Assembly: GCA_028819235.1 (NCBI GenBank)
Contig: JAPPMC010000173.1
Location: 4,165-68,164 of the forward strand
Source: Bryobacterales bacterium
GTDB taxonomy: Bacteria; Acidobacteriota; Terriglobia; Bryobacterales; UBA6623
Direction of reading: 5' to 3'
Length of the DNA: 64,000 nucleotides
The position numbers and the translations under genes were made by a program. Below the pieces are notes generated by a model that worked only from the letters and a program-made list of their open reading frames with translations, searched no databases and was not told the origin of the DNA. This document shows, one piece after another, positions 57,249-64,000 of this stretch (positions are counted from its first letter, which is position 1; the number at the start of each line of letters is the position of its first letter).

Positions 57249-58682
57249 ATGGCCGGGGGATTGCCCAACGCTTCCCGACCCGATCTCCGGCGACTGGCGA
57301 TCGTCGTCGCCGCGGGTGTCGCCGTTTGCTGGATCCTCCCCAGACCGGACGGTGTCTCTGCCGAGGGCTGGCGTCTGACTGGCGTCTTCACTTCCGCCAT
57401 TGCTGGCCTCATGATCCGGCCGCTGCCGGGCGGCGCCGTGATCCTGCTGGCACTCATCGCTGCTGTCTGGCTGGACGCGCTGACGCTGGAGCGGGCACTC
57501 GCTTCCTTCGCTGCCCCTCCCGTGTGGTTGGTGGTCGGGGCCCTGCTGATGGCCCACGCGCTCATTGCCACCGGGCTTGCGCGGCGCATCGCACTCCTGT
57601 TCGTGCGCCATTTCGGCACAAGTTCCAAGGGCTTGGCGGGCGCTCTCATCCTCAGCGACCTGTCGCTCGCGACGATGATTCCCTCCAACACCTCTCGCGC
57701 CGGCGGCGTGATCATGCCGATCACCCGCAGCATGGCGGAGCTGTACGGATCGAAACCGGGCCGCACGGCAACCCTGTTGGGGACCTACCTGATGGTGGCC
57801 GTTTATCAGGGCGAGATTGTCGCGACGGCGACATTCCTTACGGGCCAGGCAGGGAACTTCGTAGCGGCCGAAATAGCGGCCACCGTCGCAGACTACGAGC
57901 TGACGTGGGCCCGCTGGGCCGCCGCCGGAATCGTCCCCGGACTGGTCGCTGCGGCGGGCGTGGTCTGGCTCGTGGCAAGACTCCTCCCGCCGGACATAAA
58001 GCACACGCCAGACGCCGCAAGATTCGCCGCCGATCAGCTGCGGAAGATGGGGCCTCTTGACATTCGGGGATGGTTCACGGCCGCGGTTGCGTGCGTGGTG
58101 TGCGGCCTATGGATCACCGCTAACCTACACTCTGTTCCTGTCGCATTGGCAGCGGTCTCCGGCGCTGGCGTCCTGATCCTGACAGGGATCTTGCCTTGGC
58201 GTGAGGCTGTCCGGCAGCACCTTGTCTGGGACATCATGGTCTGGTACGCCGGAGTCATCACGCTAGGGCGCGAACTCAGCAACGCTGGTGTGCCGCAAGC
58301 GCTGACCCAGGCGATCGGGGACTCGTCGATCGGCGGACTGCCCTGGCTGCCGCTGCTCGCTTTGGCCCTGCCGATCTACTTCTTCGCGCACTACGGGCTT
58401 GCGAGCATCACGATGCACTTCCTGACGATGTTCCCGGTGTTCCTGCTGCTGCTGCTCGAGCGCGGGGCTCCGACCGGGCTAGCAGTCTTCCTCTTCGCGT
58501 GCTTCGGCAATCTGTCCGCCGGGCTCACCCACTACGGCACTGTGCCGTCACCCATATTCTTCGCTCAGGGCTATGCCAGCTTCGCGCAGTGGTGGACGGT
58601 CGGACTCGCCGTCGCCCTATGGAATGGGCTGGTCTGGAGCACGGTGGGACCGGCGTGGTGGAAGCTCATCGGGCTCTGGTGA
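57249..58682 (+). CDS. DASS-family (SLC13-like) anion:sodium symporter
   Basis: Polytopic membrane protein with the duplicated hairpin motif PSNTSRAGGVIMPI and a second ...GNLSAGLTHYGTVPSP; 477 aa. Confidence 0.8.
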   Translation: MAGGLPNASRPDLRRLAIVVAAGVAVCWILPRPDGVSAEGWRLTGVFTSAIAGLMIRPLPGGAVILLALIAAVWLDALTLERALASFAAPPVWLVVGALLMAHALIATGLARRIALLFVRHFGTSSKGLAGALILSDLSLATMIPSNTSRAGGVIMPITRSMAELYGSKPGRTATLLGTYLMVAVYQGEIVATATFLTGQAGNFVAAEIAATVADYELTWARWAAAGIVPGLVAAAGVVWLVARLLPPDIKHTPDAARFAADQLRKMGPLDIRGWFTAAVACVVCGLWITANLHSVPVALAAVSGAGVLILTGILPWREAVRQHLVWDIMVWYAGVITLGRELSNAGVPQALTQAIGDSSIGGLPWLPLLALALPIYFFAHYGLASITMHFLTMFPVFLLLLLERGAPTGLAVFLFACFGNLSAGLTHYGTVPSPIFFAQGYASFAQWWTVGLAVALWNGLVWSTVGPAWWKLIGLW

Positions 58683-58708
58683 GATCTGTCCCCGGGCTGC
58701 GCTAACCT

Positions 58709-60379
58709 TTGGCGGTGGCCGTCCCGCTCACCCCGCTCGACATCGCAATCTTCATCGCCAGCATCCTGATTGTCCTAGCGATCGGCCTTTGGGCGGGGCG
58801 CAAGGAGGACAGCGCCAAGGACTTCTATCTGGCGGGCCGCTCGGTCCCTTGGTGGGGCGTGGCCGGCTCCATCTTTGGCACAAACGTCAGCGCCGAGCAC
58901 CTCGTGGGCATGCTTGGGATCGGGTATTCCATCGGCTTCGCACAGGCGCACTTCGAGTTCCTTGCCATAGGCGGCCTTCTCATGCTGGCCTTCGTTTTCC
59001 TGCCGCTGTACCGCGGCATGGGCCTATACACGCTCTCCGAGTACTTGTCCAAGCGCTATGACGAGCGCAGCGGAGTGCTCTATTCCACCTTCAACATCCT
59101 GACGATCGTGATCGTCCGAATGGCGCTCGGTTTCTATATCGGAGCCCGCGCGCTCAGCTTCCTGCTGGAGGGCACGCCGCTCGCGCTCAGTTACGAGGCG
59201 GGGATCGCGATCTTTGCACTGGTCACGGCGACCTACACGATTGTTGGAGGCCTCAAGGCCGTCATCTGGACGGACGTGATGCAGTCCTGCCTGCTGCTGG
59301 CCGCCGGGATCTTCGTAGCCGTGCTCGTCTTCGGCCAGCCCGAGATTGGCGGGCTGGGAGGCCTGCTTGCCCAAGATGCGGCACTACCCGCGGCCGACCA
59401 GAAGTTCCACCTGTACCTGCCACCAGACCACCCGCAGCTGCCGTGGACTGGCGTCTTCACCGGACTGATGATCATTCACATCTTCTACTGGTCCACCAAC
59501 CAGTTCATAGCGCAGCGAGCGCTGGCCGCTAAGAGCGAATACCACGCGCGCATGGGCATTCTTGCCGCGGGCTTCCTCAAGTTGCTGATACCGTTCGTTT
59601 CCATAGCCACCGGAGTTGCGGCGGGGCTGCTGTTCGAGTCGCGGCTCGCGACGGGAGAGCTGGACGCGCTGCCCTTGCCGGACGACGCCTTCCCTCTTCT
59701 GGTGCAGATGATCGTCCCTGCGGGCTACGGCTTGGTCGGCCTGATTACGGCCGGCCTGATCGGTGCCATCCTCTCGAGCATCGACTCGATGATGAACTCC
59801 GGGGCGACGCTGCTGACATTCGATTTCTACCGGCGCTACGTCAACCCGCAAGCCTCGCAGCGCCAACTCATCCTAGTCGGGCGCGTGACGATCCTCGTTT
59901 TCGTGGGTATCGCCGCTTGCATCGCCGCGGTGATCTACACCAAGGACGCTTCCGACAACTTCTTCCTCAAGGTGCCCGCTCAAATGGGACATATTGTTCC
60001 GGGGATCACAGTCGCGTTTCTCGGCGGCGTGTTCTGGCGCCGGGCATCGGCGTCCGGGGCGTTCTGGGCGCTGTTGGTCTCGCCGTTCTTCTCGTTCTGG
60101 ATCGAGTGGGCCTACCCAGGCTGGGCCGCCGGGCCCGGGATTGCGGACGTGTTCGGCTCGCAGCTGAACTTCCTGCATCGCACATTCGTGACCTCGGCGT
60201 TCGCGCTGGCCGTCCTCGCAGCGCTGAGCTGGAAGAGCCGGCACCCGGCGAAAGACGTGGCGAGGTACATCTGGCGGGTACGGGCCGGTCGTCGTCGACG
60301 AGCCTTCTTTGCCAGCGAGATCCCGTGGGCCTGGCTGCTCGCGGCCAGCACTGTCTACCTTCTCGTGCGCTTCGCGTGA
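58709..60379 (+). CDS. sodium:solute symporter (SSS/SLC5 family)
   Basis: DFYLAGRSVPWWGVAGSIFGTNVSAEHLVGMLG and ...GGLKAVIWTDVMQ are typical SSS signatures. About 13 TM. TTG/GTG start region at 58709-58717. Confidence 0.85.
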   Translation: MAVAVPLTPLDIAIFIASILIVLAIGLWAGRKEDSAKDFYLAGRSVPWWGVAGSIFGTNVSAEHLVGMLGIGYSIGFAQAHFEFLAIGGLLMLAFVFLPLYRGMGLYTLSEYLSKRYDERSGVLYSTFNILTIVIVRMALGFYIGARALSFLLEGTPLALSYEAGIAIFALVTATYTIVGGLKAVIWTDVMQSCLLLAAGIFVAVLVFGQPEIGGLGGLLAQDAALPAADQKFHLYLPPDHPQLPWTGVFTGLMIIHIFYWSTNQFIAQRALAAKSEYHARMGILAAGFLKLLIPFVSIATGVAAGLLFESRLATGELDALPLPDDAFPLLVQMIVPAGYGLVGLITAGLIGAILSSIDSMMNSGATLLTFDFYRRYVNPQASQRQLILVGRVTILVFVGIAACIAAVIYTKDASDNFFLKVPAQMGHIVPGITVAFLGGVFWRRASASGAFWALLVSPFFSFWIEWAYPGWAAGPGIADVFGSQLNFLHRTFVTSAFALAVLAALSWKSRHPAKDVARYIWRVRAGRRRRAFFASEIPWAWLLAASTVYLLVRFA

Positions 60380-60473
60380 TGCAGGGGCCGCGTGCCTACC
60401 CACTGCTTGAGGCGGGGGCCGGTCACTTCAAGCGGTTTCCGGCTGCTTACCGCTGGCAGCTGGGCTTTCGCCC

Positions 60474-60902
60474 TTACGTCTTGGCGGTGTCCCGGCCGGG
60501 AGCGTCCAGGAACTCCCTGAGGCGCCTCGCCAAGGCCTCGCCGTCCTTGAGCTGGCACTCCCAGACAGTCAATACGCGCCATCCGGCGGCGGCCAGCTTT
60601 GCGACGTTGGCCGCATCTCGCTCCTTGTTGGCCGTCAGCTTCGGGATCCAGTACTCGCGCCGCGACTCTGGCATGCGCCCGTTCTTGCAATTGTGCGCAT
60701 GCCAGAAGCACCCATGGACAAATATGACCTTCTTGCGCGGCCCGAACACCAGGTCTGGCCGTCCCGGTAGGTCTCTTCTGTGGAGGCGGTAGCGGTAGCC
60801 CATGGCGTGCACCATGCGCCGCACCGCCATTTCGGGGCCCGTGTCCTTGCCCCGGATTGCCTGCATCACCCGACTTCGCTGCTCCGGGGTGAGCCTGTCC
60901 AT
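60474..60902 (-). CDS. vsr: very short patch repair endonuclease
   Basis: From the ATG at 60902: LTPEQRSRVMQAIRGKDTGPEMAVRR...GYRYRLHRRDLPGRPDLVF...KVIFVHGCFWHAHNC...NKERDAANVAKLAAAGWRVLTVWEC is the full Vsr pattern. Confidence 0.85.
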   Translation of the reverse strand: MDRLTPEQRSRVMQAIRGKDTGPEMAVRRMVHAMGYRYRLHRRDLPGRPDLVFGPRKKVIFVHGCFWHAHNCKNGRMPESRREYWIPKLTANKERDAANVAKLAAAGWRVLTVWECQLKDGEALARRLREFLDAPGRDTAKT

Positions 60903-61010
60903 GCCGGACCCACTGTAGCCGACCGACGCCGCCGGGCCGACACCGGGGCTGCGGCGGCACACGCGATCTGGACCTGCATGGATCTGCATGTATGCTGTGG
61001 AATCACTGCA

Positions 61011-61325
61011 ATGAACCGCTGGCAGGAAATCTATGGCTCGGCTGCGTATAGGCGGATGGTCGCGGGCAAGATCCGCGCAGTCTGTCTGCTGACCGCCTTC
61101 TTCATCGTTTACTACTTCTCGCTGCCCATCTTGGTCGGCTATTGGCCGGAGGTAATGGCGAGGCCGCTCCTCGGCAAGGTCAACGGGGCGTACTTGCTGG
61201 CCTTCTCGCAGTTCCTGATGGCATGGGGGGTGGCGTTCGCCTACATGCGATTTGCGGGTCGCTTCGACTTGCAGGCGGCGAGCATCCTAGCGCAGACCGA
61301 CTCAGACTCGGCGAGAGGTGAGTGA
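61011..61325 (+). CDS. DUF485 (YjcH-like) inner-membrane protein
   Basis: 104 aa, two TM helices (...VCLLTAFFIVYYFSLPILVGYWPEVM...GAYLLAFSQFLMAWGVAFAYMRFA). The stop overlaps the actP GTG by 8 nt. This is the conserved yjcH-actP pairing. Confidence 0.8.
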   Translation: MNRWQEIYGSAAYRRMVAGKIRAVCLLTAFFIVYYFSLPILVGYWPEVMARPLLGKVNGAYLLAFSQFLMAWGVAFAYMRFAGRFDLQAASILAQTDSDSARGE

Positions 61326-62922
61326 CGTGTCTCTTCCCCTGCTGATGTTCCTGGCGTTCATCGCCGCAACCCTCGGAATCACTTACTGGGCCGCCGGCCG
61401 GTCCGCCGGAGAAAGCGCGTTCTTCGCGGCTGGCCGCCGGATCACCGGTTGGCAGAACGGCCTCGCAATCTCCGGGGACTACATGAGTGCCGCGTCGTTC
61501 TTGGGAATCGCGGGTCTGATTGCCTTCTACGGCTACGACGGCTTCATGTACTCGGTCGGCTTCCTAGTGGCCTACCTGACCGTGCTTCTGGTGGTCGCCG
61601 AGCCTCTCCGCAACACCGGCAAGTACACCATGGCCGACGTCTTGGCGTTCCGCCTGAGGCAGCGGCCAGTGCGGGCATGGGCGTCCCTGAGCACGCTTAC
61701 GGTCTCGACGTTCTACATGATTGCCCAGATGGTGGGCGCCGGGGCCTTGGTCAGCCTGCTGCTCGCCGGCTCGGGGATCGGCTACTCCACCGCTGTCACC
61801 GGCGTCGGGATCCTGATGATCATCTACGTCGTATTCGGTGGAATGATCGCGACTACCTGGGTGCAGATCGTGAAGGCTGTCCTGCTGATGAGCGGCACGT
61901 TCCTGTTGAGCGCGCTGGTTCTGGGGCACTTCGGCTTCAACCTCGGGGCCATGTTCGAGGCAGCTTCCCGGGTCACTTTGCAGGTGGACGGCGGCACGGT
62001 GACTCGAGACTTCATGCAGCCGGGACTCTACTACAAGCCTCCGTACGGCTCGCTCGACCTGATCTCCCTTGGTATGGCATTGGTCTTCGGCACGGCCGGG
62101 CTGCCGCACATCCTGATCCGCTTCTACACCGTGCCGGACGCCAAGACCGCGAGGGTCAGCGTTTTCTGGGCCATGCTCGTGATCGGCGCGTTCTACATCA
62201 TGACGACCTTTCTGGGGTTCGGTGCCGCCACAATCGTCGGTCCTGACGAGATCACGGCAAACGGCGGAATCAACATGAGCGCCCCCCTGCTGGCCCAAGC
62301 CCTCGGAGGGGACGCATTCTTCGCCTTTGTGTCTGCCGTTGCGTTCGCCACGATATTGGCAGTGGTCGCAGGGCTGACGATCAGCGCCTCCACTTCGTTC
62401 GCACACGATTTCTACTCGAACGTCTTGCACCACGGCCGCGAGAGCGCCCCTGGTGAAGAAGTGCGCGTGGCGCGCTGGACGGCTTTCGTTGTCGGAGCCG
62501 TCTCGATCGCGATCGCCATTGCGCTCGGGCCCAACGCCAACGTTGCTTTCTTGGTTGGGCTGGCGTTTGCCGTAGCGGCTTCGGCAAACCTGCCGGTGAT
62601 ATTGTTCTCGCTGTATTGGCGGCGGTTCACCACACGCGGTGCCGTTTGGGGCCTTGCCGCAGGGCTCGGCTCCGCGGTCGGGCTGATCCTCGTCAGCCCG
62701 AGCTTCATGGGGGTTGACGGTCCCGAGGTCGCAGAGGGCGCGCGCCGCCTGATCCAGGCCCCGACGCTCTATCCTCTGCGGAACCCCGGTATCATCAGCA
62801 TCCCTGTCGGATTCCTCGCGGCAGTCCTCGGGTCGCTAATCGGGCGCGAGGCCGGGGCCGAGGACAAGTATGTCGAGTTGACCGTGAGGGCGAACACAGG
62901 CTTGGGAGCCGAGAAGGCCTAA
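61318..62922 (+). CDS. actP: cation/acetate symporter ActP (SSS family)
   Basis: FFAAGRRITGWQNGLAISGDYMSAASFLGIAGLIAFYGYDGFMYSVGFLVAY... and GLPHILIRFYTVPDAKTAR are characteristic ActP motifs. Confidence 0.85.
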   Translation: MSDVSLPLLMFLAFIAATLGITYWAAGRSAGESAFFAAGRRITGWQNGLAISGDYMSAASFLGIAGLIAFYGYDGFMYSVGFLVAYLTVLLVVAEPLRNTGKYTMADVLAFRLRQRPVRAWASLSTLTVSTFYMIAQMVGAGALVSLLLAGSGIGYSTAVTGVGILMIIYVVFGGMIATTWVQIVKAVLLMSGTFLLSALVLGHFGFNLGAMFEAASRVTLQVDGGTVTRDFMQPGLYYKPPYGSLDLISLGMALVFGTAGLPHILIRFYTVPDAKTARVSVFWAMLVIGAFYIMTTFLGFGAATIVGPDEITANGGINMSAPLLAQALGGDAFFAFVSAVAFATILAVVAGLTISASTSFAHDFYSNVLHHGRESAPGEEVRVARWTAFVVGAVSIAIAIALGPNANVAFLVGLAFAVAASANLPVILFSLYWRRFTTRGAVWGLAAGLGSAVGLILVSPSFMGVDGPEVAEGARRLIQAPTLYPLRNPGIISIPVGFLAAVLGSLIGREAGAEDKYVELTVRANTGLGAEKA

Positions 62923-62983
62923 TCCCAGCGCAGCGCATCATTCGCGCTAATCTCTAGTCAACCACCTGAGCGATCCAGTCCCC

Positions 62984-64000
62984 ATGCCTCCTTCCATCAG
63001 CAAACGCGCCCGCTCGCTCACCTCCGAAGATTGGGTGGCATGTTGGCTCGGACTGGCGATGATCCTGCTGGTGCTGGCCGGAATGCGGCTTGCCCTGCCG
63101 TCCTTCACTTGGGACGCTTCGCTCGCTGATGTGCTGGAGGCAGACAACCTCACGTCCAGCGCCGTCTTGGGGTTGGTGCTACTGGTCTTGGCCGCTCTCG
63201 GCACACTGCTGATGGGCGGTGCACTGCGGGCGTTCTGCTTCGCGTTCCCGGCCGTTTTTGCGCTTGCATGGCTGGCTCAACTGCTGGCCGGCAACACTTC
63301 CATGAAGGCGGCCGGCCTGACCTATGTGCTGACTGGCCTGTTCATCGGCCTGTTCATCTCCAACGTGCTTTCCGTCCCTGCCTGGCTGCGCCCGGCCGTG
63401 CGTACCGAGTACTACATCAAGACCGGCCTGGTCGTTCTGGGGACGAACATACTGCTCTACGACATCCTCCAGGCGGGCAGCCTGGGCATTGCCCAAGCCT
63501 TCTTGGTGATCCTGCTGGTCTGGTACGTCTGCTATTGGATCGCCCGCAAGATGCGCGTCAGCGAGGACTTCTCGGCCATGCTGGCCACCGCCGTCTCGGT
63601 CTGTGGCGTCTCGGCGGCGATCGCCGCCTGCGGGGCCGTCCAGGGGGATCGCCGTCAGCTCTCCTACGTCACGTCGCTGGTGCTCATAGTGGCGATCCCG
63701 ATGATGATCGTGATGCCATGGGCTATCTCCGTGCTGGGGATTCCGGAGGTTGTCGGTGGAGCATGGCTCGGTGGAACGATTGACACATCCGGAGCGGTCG
63801 TCGCGGCAGGCGAGATCGTAGGCGATTCGGCCATGAATGCTGCCGTGATCGTCAAGTTTTCCCAGAACGCGATGCTTGGGCTGGCGGCGTTCGCGCTCTC
63901 GGTATGGTGGACATTCCGCTCTCAGGCAGCCGGTGGCGAGGCACCGTCCGTAGCCATCATCTGGGACCGCTTCCCGAAGTTTGTGCTGGGCTTCATGCTG
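62984..64000 (+). CDS. YeiH/UPF0324-family putative sulfate-exporter-type membrane protein (3' end outside the window)
   Basis: The ATG at 62984 opens a frame to the window edge (339 codons; not in the ORF track because no stop is reached). It is polytopic, with ...VSVCGVSAAIAA... and ...AWLGGTIDTSGAVVAAG..., corresponding to the GGTIHD..QVVAAG motif of the family. Confidence 0.75.
   Translation, partial: MPPSISKRARSLTSEDWVACWLGLAMILLVLAGMRLALPSFTWDASLADVLEADNLTSSAVLGLVLLVLAALGTLLMGGALRAFCFAFPAVFALAWLAQLLAGNTSMKAAGLTYVLTGLFIGLFISNVLSVPAWLRPAVRTEYYIKTGLVVLGTNILLYDILQAGSLGIAQAFLVILLVWYVCYWIARKMRVSEDFSAMLATAVSVCGVSAAIAACGAVQGDRRQLSYVTSLVLIVAIPMMIVMPWAISVLGIPEVVGGAWLGGTIDTSGAVVAAGEIVGDSAMNAAVIVKFSQNAMLGLAAFALSVWWTFRSQAAGGEAPSVAIIWDRFPKFVLGFML

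Noticed and set aside
1-64000. CRISPR arrays, rRNA genes, tandem repeats and intact insertion sequences.
   Set aside because: I saw no regularly spaced direct repeats, no repeated peptide strings in the ORF track and no rRNA-like segments. Manual inspection cannot exclude short or diverged repeats.

Overview
This is a high-G+C bacterial chromosomal segment. The gene families present (CarboxypepD_reg-type TonB-dependent receptor, PSCyt/DUF1549/DUF1553 protein, FG-GAP/UnbV(ASPIC)+TPR protein, several sulfatases, long TPR proteins) suggest an Acidobacteriota-like or similar soil lineage; that placement is inference only.

The core genes I recognise from motifs are:
- tpiA-secG-tRNA-Leu(GAG), followed by an imuA-imuB-dnaE2 SOS mutagenesis cassette
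- dut, lpxC, a NifS/IscS-type cysteine desulfurase and a copper amine oxidase
- a GlcE-like FAD oxidoreductase and several SDR, 2-hydroxyacid and Gfo/Idh/MocA oxidoreductases
- a transporter block at the 3' end: DASS, SSS, DUF485-ActP and YeiH-like

Interspersed accessory and defence-type genes are:
- a HEPN-MNT pair
- an AAA-ATPase-like/PD-(D/E)XK protein
- a solo zeta-toxin-like P-loop kinase
- an orphan vsr
- a catalytically degenerate, N-truncated Tn5/IS4-like transposase

The most unusual property of the window is the number of decayed genes:
- an UnbV+TlpA relic at 17.1-17.9 kb
- a retropepsin-like gene with an in-frame amber codon at 38.9 kb
- three consecutive disrupted genes at 42.1-45.5 kb: a maleylacetate-reductase-like relic, a frameshifted intradiol dioxygenase and a frameshifted sulfatase

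There are also two visibly more A/T-rich islets (about 37-39.5 kb and 50.4-52.5 kb) holding ORFs I cannot assign to any family.

I saw no CRISPR array, rRNA or intact IS element. I cannot point to a clearly novel multi-gene system. The best candidates for follow-up are the unassigned islet at 50.4-55.9 kb and the small-ORF/retropepsin plus LbH/lipoprotein block at 38.5-41.5 kb.

Many long antisense ORFs in the supplied track are GC-driven shadows of real genes and are not reported as features.
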